From Podarcis liolepis (Eukaryota): a stretch of DNA of 64,000 bases. The position numbers and the translations under genes are program-made. Below are positions 1 through 14,317 of this stretch, one piece after another; within the stretch, counting starts at the first letter, position 1, and the number at the start of each line of letters is the position of its first letter. The notes under the pieces were generated by a model. The model saw nothing but the letters and a program-made list of their open reading frames with translations. It was not told the DNA's origin and did not search any database. The stretch lies in NCBI GenBank assembly GCA_965112155.1, contig OZ218098.1; one strand, written 5' to 3'.

Positions 1-794
1 CCAGCCTGAGTTCAGGGGGGAACCTGTTGTTCCTGTCTGAAGCAGAAGCAGCTGTGCACAACAGTGATTGGCGGGGAACTGGTGAGATCACTAACATACA
101 TATACATCTCCAAAGGAGATTTTCAACATTTAAACAATTGATGCTGCTGATGCTGCTTTTTTGTTGTTGTTTTCTTTGGAGAGAGGGTGAATATATATTT
201 AATTAATTAAATAAATATATATCCAGTACTGTGAAAAAATAAGAAGGCAATCTGCTTGAGGCACTGGAAAAATGGGTTATTCATTCACCATTTGATCTGC
301 TGCCCAGTATGTCTGTTGAATGGGATATGAAGGCACCCTGCTTTGTACGGACGTACACACACTGACATGATCTTTGAAGAGGTCTTTGTAGCCAAAGGTC
401 TTAAATTCCAGTAGGCTGTGGGCTAGGGTGCATTTTAATTTTGTATTTACTATAATAAAAAAGGCAAATGCATTTGCTTGTGATGTAAAGGATGTATAAG
501 ATGAAAAATCCTAGTGGACAGTAATTAAAAGTAAATAATCATTGGTGGCCTTTTTAGCCACAAAAACGTTTGCAAAAGGTGCCAAAGCCTGAAGGAAATG
601 ATGATTTAAAAGGGTGGGGAACCCTCATATATTGCTCTAGCAGCTTCAGAGATGCCTCCGCATGTAAGCGGAATGGCTGTAAAGAGACCACAAAGACTGC
701 AGGAGGGCTGGGGAAAGCGAATATTAAGCCAAGCAGAAGCAGAACCCATAAAACAGAGTATCTGGAAAGTTTTCAGGGAAAAAAGAGGGGATGG

Positions 795-1100
795 CAATAT
801 AATAATAATAATACCCCACCCATCTGACTCTGTTTCCCCAGCCACTCTAGGTGGCTCACAGCATATATCAGAACACACTAAAACATCAAAAGTTAAAAAC
901 TTCCCGAAACAGGTCTGCCTTCAGATGCCTTCTAAAAGTCAGATAGCTGTTTATTTTCTTGACATCTGAAGGTTAGGGTGTTCCACAGGTAGGGCGCCTC
1001 TACTGAGAAGGCCCTCTGCCTGGTTCCTTGTAACCTCGCTTCTCACAGTGAGGGAACCAGCAGAAAATCCTCAGAGGAGGACCTCAGTGTCTGGGCTGAA
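795..1100 (-). mobile_element. Old L2 3' end fragment
   Basis: (AAT)n tail on the + strand followed by sequence resembling the reverse complement of the L2 ORF end and 3' UTR. Confidence 0.6.
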
Positions 1101-1269
1101 TATATACTTAAGCCAGAAGAAAAAATGCTAGTTTCTTTCAGCTCATAAACACCAAATATCCACAAAGATAACATATTAACAGATAACAATTAATGTATTA
1201 ATTGATCTGCCTCCTTTTTACTTTACTCTATGGTATTATGTATTGCATATTATTCTTTACTGTTACTTG

Positions 1270-1950
1270 CTCTCGGCCACCTGTCCCCATCATCAGTCTA
1301 GCTGTTGTATACCAGCAGGAGCTTCCGATGTGAACTGATGGCACCATGCTGAAAATATATTTTAAAAATCACTGCAGCCAGGTTATCCAGATCTAGAAAT
1401 GGTCGTAGCTGGCAAACCAGAGAAGAGGTACTCCTAACTGCTGAGGTCATGCAGATGTGAAGTGACAACTTAGTGTTGAGTAACACCCCCAGGCTATGTG
1501 CCTGCTACCTCATCCAGAACAGGTTGTCTCCCTAAACGCCAGGCATGGAACAACCACTTGCCCACAGCATCTCCACCTTATGGGGGATAAAGCCTTAGTT
1601 TATCGGTCCTCATAGAGCCAGTTACTGCTTGCAGACACCACTTGCAAAGCCCAATTCAGATGGAACCAGGAGGTAGAACTGGTTGTCGTCAGCATATCGT
1701 GCTCCACATCTCCGGATACCCCTCACCAGCAGTTTCTCAATGGCCAAGGAGCTGAGCCGAAGTCCCCGAGTTCTACATCTGGTAGGAGCAGCCCTGCAGG
1801 AAGGAGCAGAACCACTACAGTACAGTGCCTCCCTCTCCCAGCCCAAGGAGCTGCCATAGGGAGAAATGGAAAAGGAAAGCCAACAGAGCAGGCCCCACCA
1901 CCACCACCACATTCCATCTCTTCCCTAATTAATGGTCATCAACCAAAGTG
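1270..1950 (-). mobile_element. Degenerate L2 RT fragment
   Basis: ORF 1622..1912 contains YADDNQFYL, matching YADDTQLYL of the young L2. Confidence 0.65.
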
Positions 1951-1969
1951 AGCAAAGGCTGCTTCAGTA

Positions 1970-2184
1970 CAGTGGTACCTCAGGTTACAGACGCTTCAGG
2001 TTACAGACTCCGCTAACCCAGAAATTGTACCTCGGGTTAAGAACTTTACCTCAGGATGAGAACAGAAATCGTGTGGTGGCAGTGGGAGGCCCCATTAGCT
2101 AAAGCGGTCCCTCAGGTTAAGAACAGTTTCAGGTTAAGAATGGACCTCCAGAACAAATTAAGTTCTTAACCCGAGGTACAACTG
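1970..2184 (+). mobile_element. Tc1/mariner-type MITE (family A)
   Basis: TA-flanked, TIR CAGTGGTACCTC...GAGGTAC(A)ACTG, internal AGGTTAAGAA repeats. Confidence 0.85.
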
Positions 2185-2857
2185 TACTGTGTTTCGACCT
2201 GAAGCCAGACCGAAAGGTTAAAATAGGGTGTGCTTTTGTATCCTTTTAAGATCTTTTGACTAGTTTTAAATAAAAGCTTTCAAAAAACAACAACAACCAC
2301 CAATGATGATAACGGCAACATGCTAATAGCAATGACTGTACAGATGTTTTCCTAAATGTCGAATTTTGGTATTTGATGAAGCTTAACATCAAATTCCAGT
2401 ACTTTCTAAAGGAAAGTGATAACATAGGGAAATAGTCACTGCTGGATTCTTTCATTCTCTTTCCAAGAAAAGGATTTGTACATCTAATCTTAGTAGACCT
2501 GTTAAAATTAGAGGCAGGAATGAGGTGCTCTTCAAACAGCGTTGGACCATACGGAGCCGTTTTTTCCTGAAGCAGCTTAGCATTGTCATCGTTATATCAA
2601 GCCCTGCTCTCCATGCCAACTTTTCCCTCCCCATCCTCCCCCTCCCATATTTGTGTGTGTTCAGAGAGTCAAGCTTAGCCTGCTCATAAACTTCAGTTCC
2701 TGGGCGGACCCCACACACGCACAGCTGGATTTGAAACAGCTGGAACTGCCTCCCCTTCAATTTTAGACAGGAGCCCCACAAGCTCTGGATGGGCTGGCGG
2801 AGGATGAACCGATCAACGCTGTGAAGCAGGGATTCAGTTGCTGGCAAGATCCAGAAA

Positions 2858-2909
2858 ATGGGTTACTGGAGGAGCCTCACTCTGAGTCTGCTACTGCTGC
2901 TGTTGCTCC
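2858..2909 (+). CDS. TGFBR2L: TGFBR2-like exon 1 (signal peptide MGYWRSLTLSLLLLLLL)
   Basis: aaaATGG Kozak context, Leu-rich signal peptide, C|GTGAGT phase-1 donor that matches the phase-1 start of exon 2. Confidence 0.8.
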
Positions 2910-3640
2910 GTGAGTAAAGGAAAAAAGGGCTTCTGCTTCAGCTGTGCAAAGCAAGAGGCTGTTTATGTTCCTTCTCTCAGCTCCCTTCTCCTTTGCTGAT
3001 GACTGGAAGGATAAGAAATGTCTGATAATTTGGTATAAGCGCTAGCTGCAAGGCAGGCTTGGAAATCCAATCTCTGCTTCTTTCTATCGGTAGATGTTTG
3101 TCCCATATAGTCAGGCTTCTTGTAGCTGCAACTGTTACAGTACTTGCTGTAACCAAACGTGGGTTAATGTTAGATGAAGAAACTAATGTGTGTGTTTTTG
3201 GTGGGGAGGGAATTGCATTGGTTGTTTTTACATTGTATTGCAGCATTTTAAAATCAGCGGAAATACTTGGTTGAATAGTTTGAGATGGTCAGGGTTTTGC
3301 GATGGTTGTAACATAGCTTGTGTCACTCTCAAATTGACCCGTTCACACAAATTTAAGTGCAGTACTAACTAAACCAATTAAGTATGATGTGGAGGGAAAT
3401 GAGGATTTCTGCCATTGCATCTAGCTGCTTGGCAAGGCAGCCCAACTATCGCATAAGCAAATAATTATTTGTGGCAAGCACTGTGTTTCTGTTTCTGTTA
3501 ACGGTCTGTTAATACTGAAGATACAACTTCCATGGTGGATTTGATAGTATGCCCCACCAGGCTGCAAAGGCTCTTGTTTAAATCATAGATGCACACGTAT
3601 AGATGCTATATATACACAAGTCAGAAGAAGTATATACACT

Positions 3641-3642
<2 letters not shown>

Positions 3643-3686
<44 letters not shown>
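3643..3686. repeat. (GT)n microsatellite
   Basis: Direct observation. Confidence 0.97.
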
Positions 3687-3688
<2 letters not shown>

Positions 3689-6349
3689 CGCAAACAGCAT
3701 GGCTTTATATGGGATTTGTTTATTGCACTGATACACAAAATTTATTAAAAAAATGCATTCTGTGTCATTCTGTGAAACCATAAGGGTGCCTTTTGATGGA
3801 TGATTACTTGGCTGTCAGTTATGGCAATTCAGTGTACCCAACGCCTGGAGGGTAAGGCTATCAGTGGCTACTAGGCATGATGGCTGTGTTCTGCCTCCGA
3901 GGAAGTATGCCTCAGTATGCTAGTTTCTGGGAATCATAAAGGGGGGAATCATAAAGCAGGGAGAATTCTGTCGCTCTCAGATCTTGTTTGCAGGCTTCTC
4001 ATAGGCATTTGGGTCTTATATCTGATCCTGCAGAGCTCTATGTAGGCTCATGTGCAAGTCACACATACAGAACCTTGCCTGTTCCATGTGCTGCAGTTTC
4101 CCACAAGCACAAATAACAGGGCAAGGGTTATCTGGGGTGGGGGGCACTGTTTAAGTAACCTATTTTGGCAGCATTGTCATGTTTCTTCCTGCACAACCCT
4201 GAGCTCTTCTTCATGGTTCTGTTTCTCCCCCTTCCACGGGACAGGACGATAAGAACAGGGGCAGGCTCCTAGAATTATAGACCCATGAAGCTGTCTCATG
4301 CAACATCAGAGCATCAATGCCTCTGGTCAAATAGTGCCCACTGCAGCCTTCGACAGCCTGGTGGCCTTCCAGGTGTTTGGCGCAGGTAGGAGTTGGAGTC
4401 GAAAACATCTGGAGACCACCAAGTTGGCAAAGACTGGTCTGCTTCACTTGACAATGGCTCTGCAAGTTCTCAAGTAGAGGTCTTTCCTAGACTTATTTGT
4501 TTAGTAAAATGTATGTATACCACTTGACCGTCAAACCCGCCACCCCAAGCGGGTGGTATCATAAGGGCATGACTTTGGGGCAGAAGTCTAGAATGAGCTG
4601 GAAGGCTGGATGACTTCGAATAAGTGAAATAACTCATATTATCATCTAAAGAAAAGGACCCCATAAGGTTATTACATCAGAAATCTTCGGTTACCTAACT
4701 GCACCACTTCATAACTTGAGAAGCCAGGAACAGAATTTTCTGCATGCAAAGCCTATGCTTTTTAACTGAGTTATGGCTCTTCCCCATTTTTTTCTTGGGG
4801 GGGGGGCAGGCAAGCTCCTGCTTGCCACCCCCACCCCACTTCCAAACAGCATGCTAAAGAATGAGGACTGGAAGCAACAAGAGTTTCCTTTACTCCCGAT
4901 TCCTTTAAGGGAGTGCCTGGATCAAAACTCCCTCTGTTGCCAGTTTGGTGCTAAAGCAGAAATGCAGAAAGCGGAATGCAAAGTGAAGTAACATATATAG
5001 GAAGGAATACCATGTTTCATGTTCCTTTGCAAAACACCCCCCCCCCAACCTTTACAATTTTCTTAATTCTTCCCGTGTATAGTATGTAGTAACAGTGTTA
5101 CATCGGTGAAGATCTTGTGTAGTTAGTGAGGATCAGAGACTGTGAATCAGGACCTCTGAGTTCAGATACTGGGCACCAAACAGCCAAAATGAAGCACTTT
5201 GATTTCTATGGAAGGGCCTATTCAACATCCTGATCAAATGGATGCCTACCCAGAAGTAAATTCCACTGAGTTCAATGGGTATATTATATGAAAGACACCC
5301 TCTCTGCAAATATTTCATACCTCGTATCAATGCCCTGAGAAAATAATTCTTAATCATTTCAACAGCACTTCCCGAAGTATTTTATAACCATTGTCTTATT
5401 CCTACCCACAACAGCCCGTCAGATAGGGCACTGTGGTTTTCATTTCTAAGATGGAGAACCGATTTGCCCAAGGCAACTGGGGAATGTTTAGTGGGGCTAA
5501 GAATGCATGACTTTGAGGTCTCAGTCCAGAATGCAAGCTATGGTACAATGCAAGTACAGATATGCCTCAAGTGCCTTGAATTTAGGCAGACTCCTTCGTG
5601 ACAGAAAGAAAGACTGTGTATCTAGCCAGCAAGTAATAAGTTTGGCTTTCTTCAAACTGGACATATGGAACAGGCAATCACACATGTTAGACCAACAAAG
5701 CCTTCAGAACTTTTAATTTCTGTATTTAATTTGCAAATAGGCATCTTTCCAAGGTTGCTGGAAAATTCTGTAGGATATTCTCACCAGATGTACAGGAAGA
5801 TAGTTTTGGGGGGTTGCTTGCCATCCTCCATCACACATTCTGTTGTTGTTGTTGTTTCTCTAGGGATATAGTTCTCAAAAAGAGTGATCTAGTCCTTCCT
5901 ATAGAAATGCAAGGGTTACTTGAAGTTGGGGGAGATGAAAGGTGTCTCCCAAGAGGGAGGGGTTTGAACTGTGATTTGGCAAAGCAGAGACAGGCAAGGA
6001 AGAAGTGTCAGTTTATTTCGCAGCAGGGACTAGGATATTATCTCCTGGGAAGCTATTTGCCAGTCCTCTGCATGCCAGATAAGTGTGTTTTTTCTCGGAA
6101 AGAAACCCACCAAATAAGCCAAACGGAGGAAGGAGGTAACATTAAGCATAGCTTTCTTATGACCAATGAGAAGGTAGCAAAATAGTGAATAACCTTCATC
6201 AGACTGTTAAGTAAAGCATAGGGGAGTGAGAACAAAAGCTGGCTTCATATTGAAGCCATAATGTCTGCATTAGTGAAAAGTTAATTTTTCTTCAATAGTC
6301 TTAGTACTCCAGAATTTATCACTGGCTTTGAGAATGGTAGGCATACTGA

Positions 6350-6540
6350 ATTGAGTGTGGTGTCATGGTTAGTGTTGGACTAGGACCTGGGAGGTAAAAG
6401 TTCAAGTCCCCACTTGACCATGCCATGAAGCTCACTGGGTGACCCTGGGCCACTCGCTGCCCGTCACAGGGCGGTTGTGGGAGAGAACCATGGACATGAC
6501 CTTGAGCTCCTTGGAGAAAAGGGTGGCATATAAACAATAA
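6350..6540 (+). mobile_element. tRNA/L2-tailed squamate SINE
   Basis: A/B-box-like head, L2-like tail GAGCTCCTTGGAGAAAAGGGTGG; homologs at about 30070-30272 (-) and 62215-62400 (+). Confidence 0.6.
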
Positions 6541-9338
6541 GAAGAGCCCTGCTGGATCCGGTCAAAGGCCCATCTAGTCCAGTGTCCTGTTCTCATGGTG
6601 GTCAACCAGATGCCCATGGGAAACCTGCAAGCAGAAGCTGAGGGCCACAGGGCTCTCCCCCAGCCCCTTGTGATTCCCGGCAAGTGGTACACAGAGGCAG
6701 AATGTCTCTTGACAGTGGAGGTAGTAGCCATTGCTACATTATCCTCCATGAATTTGTCTAATCCTCATGTAAAGCCGTCTGGAGTTGGTGGCCATCACTG
6801 TGGCCATCTTGTGGTAATGAATGGTATAGTTTAACTATGTGCTATATGAATAACTACTTTATTCTCTATCTTTCCTTTTCTTGCCTACCACCATGTGTCT
6901 TGGTTTCTAGTCACTAGGCAACTGTAAATTGTTTTTGTCAGAGCAGTGGCTCATCAAGCTCAGTATTGTCTATACAGACTGGCCATGGCACTCCAGAGTT
7001 CTTTCTCAACCCTGCTTTTATTCCATATAAAATAAGGTATCCAAAGTTTAGGGATGGGGTGACGGCAGTAGGATGGCAAATGAAGTGCTATTGAGGGAGA
7101 CTATAATTCAGTGCCAGGACACATGTGTTGCATGCAGAAGATACCAACTTCCATTTCTGGAATGTCCAGTTAAAAAGGATCATAATTTCTGCTTGAAACC
7201 CAGGACTCCGCTATGCAGCTGCAAATGAAACATTTTAAGTGTGTTGCAAAGTTCAATATACAAAGGTGGCACTAGATGGCGAAAGTGAGCTATGGTAAAT
7301 TCAATATATTTTTCAAAACTCTTTTTTTTTTAACACACACATTTTCACTGTGTGTTTTTTATATGTGTGTTGATTCCACCCCAGTCACAGTAGGCAGTGC
7401 CAGGAGCTAGATGTTCAAATAACCTGACAGGTGTAATGAAGCTTTCTATGTTCTGCAGATCTACTTTGAATTGAAAAGTTTGCAGTCCAAAAATTGACTC
7501 ATTAGTTATAACCAACATACCAGGTTGGGAAAAGCTGCTTTAAGTCTATTTATTCCCTTTCAGCCACCTCTCACTAATTCTTTCTTGCCTCATTTCTCTG
7601 TCTCCTCTGTCCATTGAGCCTATCTACCTTACCCTACCTTACCAAACCACAGGGTTTGTGTGAGTTTTAATCCTACCCCACCTTTTTAATACCCTTGCAA
7701 ATCTGGACTAAAAGCATTTTAGCAGCTTTCCTTCAACAGCTGGAATGTTTATAAGCATTCCATGCCATCACACAGTTCAATAAATCAGAGGATTTGCTAC
7801 CACAAGCATAATGCTGTATCAATTCAGTATAAACTGAAATCCTTACCAAGTGTAAGGGACTGGCATATGAGTTAGAATTTTATTTATTCCAGCAGGCTTT
7901 TGGGAATTTGTGATCCACCTTGAGTTCCAGTTCTGGGGGAAAGGGAGGATATAGATAAATAAACTTAATAATCATAAAATAAAGAAGTCTTATTGTGCTG
8001 TTCACATTATAGTTACTGTAGTAACGCATAGAGGGCTATTGGCTGAGTTTTGCAAACCCAGCTGCTGTAACTTGCAAGGAGTAGCAAATAGAGGACCAAG
8101 AAATATGAGTCTCGCTAATTGATTATAAAGCAACATTTTTAAAAAAAATACATTTCAGTTTTCTAAGACTTTAAAAATAGTATCAGTTGGCAACTTTATC
8201 AGCTGCAAGGAGATGGTTACTGGAACTGTCTGATTAAGAAAGGGGTGGCATTAAATTTTAAACCCTTCTTCTTGCTTCTCATGATTTATAGCCTCTTGCA
8301 AGATTCATCATTGCAATAAAATAACAAAAAAGGCTGGAAAATGCTTAGCTTAGTGGACCACAGAAGTTTGTCACTGAGTTATAGCAGTTTCTTTGCTCTG
8401 ACATCTCTTTGTTGGCTCATCAAAGTCTTTCTGCCAGATGGTAAACAGAATGCCTGCCAGAAATTTTCAAACACTCCCCAGGAAGTTCATCTAAATCACC
8501 AGTAAACCATTTGCACTTAAAACAGAGCACAAACCCCCGTTGCTCAAATGTGACACAGATAACATTTCTGCCATGTTTACTGTTCCAAGGACAACACCAG
8601 ATTTATTTACACTGCACTTCCCAGTTCCTTCCCATCCACTTAGATGGGTCTACAATTCCTACAGGGGAAGCAAAATATAGGAAACATGAGTCTCAAGGAC
8701 AGAGTTGTCGCATGAAATTTGAGGTGCTTCCTGTGCAATCCTATGCATGCCTACTCAGAATAAGCCCCACTGAGTTCAATGGGACTTACTCCTGGGCAAG
8801 CACACTTGAGATAGCAGATTTAAGATTCTGAATTTTGGATCCAATGACAGATTCTTTGCTTTTGCTGCATTTTTGCAGACTTGTTGGATACAAGTCGCAA
8901 TGAGCCCATACCCTCATCTGCCACAGAAGGAGCGTATTTGAGCAATAGTTATCCTTAGTTATGGGGCTTAAGTCAAAAGGGAAAGTTGCCTGCATCCTTC
9001 TGGACATGATTGATGTGGATTGGTTATAATGTTACAGCAGGGATGGGAAACTGGTGGACCATCAAGTGTTGTACAACTACAACTCCCATTAGCAATAAAC
9101 CTTTTGTAGGCAAGATGATTGAAGAACCTTGGGACTGCATGGGATCTCTCTGAGAATCAGGTGTAGGGATAGCGGATTTGCTGCCTGCTGTTGGGGTGCT
9201 TCTTTACTTCCAGTGTCCTCTACCTGTGTGTCTGTAAGTAAAACAAATATTACAAACGTGGGAAACTGCAGTCAAATAGAACTCTTAAACTCAGGGCTAG
9301 TTAATGCACACAGGGGTTAAGACCACATAAATTGTTTT

Positions 9339-10378
9339 CATAGAATCATAGAGTTGGAAGAGACCACAAGGGCCATCGAGTCCAACCCCCTGCCAAGCAG
9401 GAAACACCATCAGAGCACTCCTGACATATGGTTGTCAAGCCTCTGCTTAAAGACCTCCAAAGTAGGAGACTCCACCACACTCCTTGGCAGCAAATTCCAC
9501 TGTCGAACAGCTCTTACTGTCAGGAAGTTCTTCCTAATGTTTAGGTGGAATCTTCTTTCTTGTAGTTTGGATCCATTGCTCCGTGTCCGCTTCTCTGGAG
9601 CAGCAGAAAACAACCTTTCTCCCTCCTCTACGTGACATCCTTTTATATATTTGAACATGTCTATCATATCACCCCTTAACCTCCTCTTCTCCAGGCTAAA
9701 CATGCCCAGTTCCCTTAGCCGTTCCTCATAAGGCATCGTTTCCAGGCCTTTGACCATTTTGGTTGCCCTCCTCTGGACACGTTCCAGTTTGTCAGTGTCC
9801 TTCTTGAACTGTGGTGCCCAGAACTGGACACAGTACTCCAGGTGAGGTCTGACCAGAGCAGAATACAGTGGCACTATTACTTCCCTTGATCTAGATGCTA
9901 TACTCCTATTGATGCAGCCCAGAATTGCATTGGCTTTTTTAGCTGCCGCGTCACACTGTTGGCTCATGTCAAGTTTGTGGTCAACCAAGACTCCTAGATC
10001 CTTTTCACATGTACTGCTCTCAAGCCAGGTGTCACCCATCTTGTATTTGTGCCTCTCATTTTTTTTTGCCCAAGTGCAATACTTTACATTTCTCCCTGTT
10101 AAAATTCATCTTGTTTGTTTTGGCCCAGTTCTCTAATCTGTCAAGGTCGTTTTGAAGTGTGATCCTGTCCTCTGGGGTGTTAGCCACCCCTCCCAGTTTG
10201 GTGTCATCTGCAAATTTGATCAGGATGCCCTTGAGTCCATCATCCAAGTCGTTGATAAAGATGTTGGATAAGACCGGGCCCAAGACAGAACCCTGTGGCA
10301 CCCCACTAGTCACTCTTCTCCAGGATGAAGAGGAACCATTGATGAGCACCCTTTGGGTTCGGTCAGTCAGCCAGTTTC
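9339..10378 (-). mobile_element. CR1 LINE 3' fragment (RT C-terminal half, one frameshift)
   Basis: ORFs 10056..10349 ([15 protein letters not shown]) and 9410..10039 ([22 protein letters not shown]); CR1-type ATTCTATG 3' end. Confidence 0.93.
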
Positions 10379-13300
10379 TTAGACTCAGTTAGGTCATGCC
10401 CCCTCACCTCCATTGAAGAAGGAAGTGAAGATTCTTTCTTCCTTCTCTTCCCCTATGTGAAGCTGACCAGGCAACATGCCTGGGCTTGACTGCTTTAAGC
10501 ACAGACCGTGTTCTCAGAAATATTTTTCTGCATTTTGTAAACCCAAGATTTCTACTTGTGTTCTTCTTGCTGCTGCATGGAATAAGGCATTAATCTGAGC
10601 TTTGGAGTTTGTAAGTAAAACATTTAAACTTAGTAACTGTATGGTCTGTTCATTGCAAGAGGAGTAGAAGGGAAATGCTGTAAGTGGCTACAACAGGATA
10701 TTTAAAAGGTCTGTTAATCTATTATTCCCATGCTTCACTGTGCTGCATAATCCTGTGATTTTAATACTCTGCTGGGGGCTCTCGAGTGTTTTCCTTCCAA
10801 TTCTTTTATTAATTACCCCACACAGGTGATCTATATCTAATTTCCACCCAATAACAAAGACACCATAAGATTTAAGGGTTCTCTCAGCCAAAGGAAGCCA
10901 AACACTGTGTAGCCCTATCCCTGGAAACTCACTGTTTAAGGAAGTGGAGAGGGCTTAACACAAAATATGATACTTGGGTATCAATGGGCTATTTGTCACT
11001 GAGATAATAAATCTGTTTGTTCTGAACCACTTCAGAATGCAGGTGGGAGCTTATGTGTTAAAAAGAAATTCCCTCCATACAGAAAATTAGATGCCAGGAG
11101 AAAACATTCTAACCTATCCTTCCAGACCTTATTATTTAAATGAAATGTGAGGGATATAATTTTTAAATTCACATGTCATCCTAAGAGTCCTGTTACCTGA
11201 AGTGCAGCGCATACATTGACAAAAAGAAAAACCCAAAGATTCCACCATAGTAACCCAAACTGCAGTTTGAAATAGTGAGGCCCAGATTCAGGCATTACCA
11301 CCTCTGCGAGAATCAAGCCTGTGCCCAAGTACAAATGGGTAGACAAGTTAGATCTTGTACTCTTAATACCGGGATGAATGTGAGAACTGTTTGTCTGGCT
11401 CCGAGGCCAGTCTGCCTGATATACACATGTAGCAAATTCTGCTGATGACAGAGAATGGACTGTGCCACTCCAGGTTGTCAGTGAGGGAAAGCCATTTCCA
11501 GTGTTCCTACATTCATTCATTTATGAAAACACTGTCAAAAAAAGAAAAATATCAAACATATCAGAGAGAAAAATTATTATATTGCCACTCTTGAAGTATT
11601 TTCTAGGCTTCGGCCAAAGCACCCCAAAGTCAGTGGGAATTTTTGTTGTTGGTGTCAATGGATTTTAGAAGAGGCCATGGACTTGCTCTTGGATTCACCA
11701 ATTCAGTATGCAATTTTGCATCTTCCCCCTTTTATTGAAGGATTTTCTTTGTTCACTGATCTGAATAATTTTCTACAAAGTGCTTCAGTAAAATCTTGAT
11801 CGTAAATCAGCTTATGAGAGCAAACTCTTTTATTAAACTTGAAAGAGAGCCCTAAAGAGGAGAAAATTGGCTTTACAGCTGTAAATGTTTATTGCTTAAT
11901 CTTCTAATCCCAGAGCAAATGGAGAATATGCGATCAACATATTTTGTAGTTTAGAATGCCATGCAGCTCCTCCATTACTTTATTTCCAAGGGCCGGAGGT
12001 CTGATTAGTTGGGAAAAGGAAAAGATTTATTGTGAAAGTAACAAGCAAAAAGGCGCATAGAAGAAATATTTTTCCACCACACACACGCATGCAGTTGTAT
12101 GTACCAGGGTAGCAGGATTGACCACGAATCCCCATTGCATGTACACACAAGCAAAAATACCGGCATATTGGCCACCATGTTTTCTCCATACCAGCATGAT
12201 GACAGAGACACAGAAGTGTGTAGAATGTTATAATGTATACCAACCAGAGAGTAAGAGAGCCTGTGTGATAGCTGCTATCAGACAGCAGCACCAAGCAGAA
12301 CATCTGCCAAAACCAAAAACTGTACAGTATTGCCTTCATTGCCTTCTCCCCGCAAAGTCACATCTTTAGAGGCAGGGGCTCCTATTGTTCTCTGTTCCAT
12401 TCCCACTAAACCGACATTCACCTTTGCCTTCTCCCCATTGCTTGCACCAGATATAGAATTGAAGTTTATTGGATTAGACACTAGTGCTGTCTGTTGCCAA
12501 TGAATACAATGCAATATGCATTGTGCAGGGATAACTGGACTGTCTTCAAAGATAGGAGTTGATTTATTATAAGTTTGCTGTGCTTCACCCCTCCACCCAA
12601 TCATATTTATACTAACATGACTATGTAGATACAATGACTTAAACGTTATGCAGAACAAATCTAATGGATTGTTTTAAATAATTTAATACAGATTAATGAC
12701 CAGCAGAGGCTTTAACCACTATTTTATAGACAGAGGTAGCAAAAATGGGGCAAAGGAATTGATTATTCCCCCGGGCGTTTTCAGTGCATATTTGTCTTTG
12801 AAACAGATTTTCTAAGTGCTGCTTCTGTTGCCATTTCCCCCTCCTGACATGAATTCTCATTAAGACCCTTGGGTTGTGCAAGTTTCCTGTTCAGCGTCTG
12901 TGGTTATTTGTGCTGACCAAGTTGTGTCTGAAAAGAACGCCACCCCTTCTCCACAGGCCATAAATAAGTCTTATAATGACTTTCAATTAAGGCTGTTATT
13001 AATTTGAACTGTTTCATTTCAGTATCTTTACCGGTAATTTCAAAATGTGTGCCAGTGGAGATGAGAGTACAGTGCAGGGATCGCCAGCAGGCCTGAAGAG
13101 ATAAATAATTTAACTTTCCTATGAACCCAGAATATCCACCGACAAAAGAGGCTGAAACACACCATGATAAATTCCTGGGCAGGGACTTATGCAAGAACAT
13201 GGGGAGTAGGCTCCTCATGGTGTTATTATATCCTGTTATCTTCCCCATATAATGGATGAGGCCTGCCCCAGGTAGCATATCTTGGATGCCATGAAAGGGC

Positions 13301-13929
13301 AGCCTACTATCAGTTACTTAACTTATTATTGTGTTTTTACTGGCAGAAAGTGGGAGAGGCACTTGTGGGATTTATTTATGTCTCAGTGATAAAATAACTT
13401 GACTTGGTGCCATTTGCTGCTTCATTTCAGGCATCAAAATGTATTGGGTCAGCCTTGGATAGCACTGTAGGCATGTTTATTTTTTGAAAGAATGAGAGCT
13501 ATGGCAAAGGAAAATAGACTAGTGAATGTGTCTTCATTAAGTATAATTTGTGTTCAGTTATCTTCAGCATTTCGGGCATATCATGGGGATTTGAATAATT
13601 GGATGTAAACAGGAGTGGTGTTTCCTTAACATTTCATGATGAATACAAAAAGAAACTGAATGAAGAGCCAAGTTCTTTTCACCCCATAGCTAATCTTTGA
13701 AACACTATGTAAGTCTATTCTTTGACAAATTTAAAATGCAATTCTTCTTAATCATGATCATTTGGAGAAAGTTCCACTTGAAACCATTCAGATTGGCATG
13801 GTTATGTTTCCCTATGTAAAATAAACAACTCCCTGAAAATATAAAGCTAGCAGAACAGGGAAATAACTGGTCTATAACCCTTCCCTAGTTTGCTAGTTTC
13901 CTGCTTGCATGGAATTATTTTCTTGGCGG

Positions 13930-13932
<3 letters not shown>

Positions 13933-13980
<48 letters not shown>
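13933..13980. repeat. (AT)n microsatellite
   Basis: Direct observation. Confidence 0.97.
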
Positions 13981-13982
<2 letters not shown>

Positions 13983-14148
13983 TCTCATCCTACAGTCCAA
14001 AATGGCCCAGCACTCTCGACCAGCTCATGGGTCTACTATCTCATTCTCTTGCATGTGCAGTAGTTCCAGTCAGGTAAATCCTTTGAAAACAAGCCAAGGT
14101 TTCCTCCCTTAATATAAGCTATGTGAAAGGTGTTTGGAAATGCAATTA

Positions 14149-14317
14149 CCATATTTTTTGCACCATAACACTCACTTTTTTCCTCCTAGAAAGTAAGGGA
14201 AAATGTCTGTGTGTGTTATGGAGGGAATGCCTACGGGTGGCATGCCTACGGATTTTCCTCCTCTAAAAACTACGTGCGTGTTATGGTCGGGTGCGTGTTA
14301 TAGAGCGAAAAATACGG
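14149..14317. mobile_element. pogo/Tigger-like MITE
   Basis: TA-flanked, degenerate TIR CC(A/G)TATTTTT..C..TATAACAC. Confidence 0.7.
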
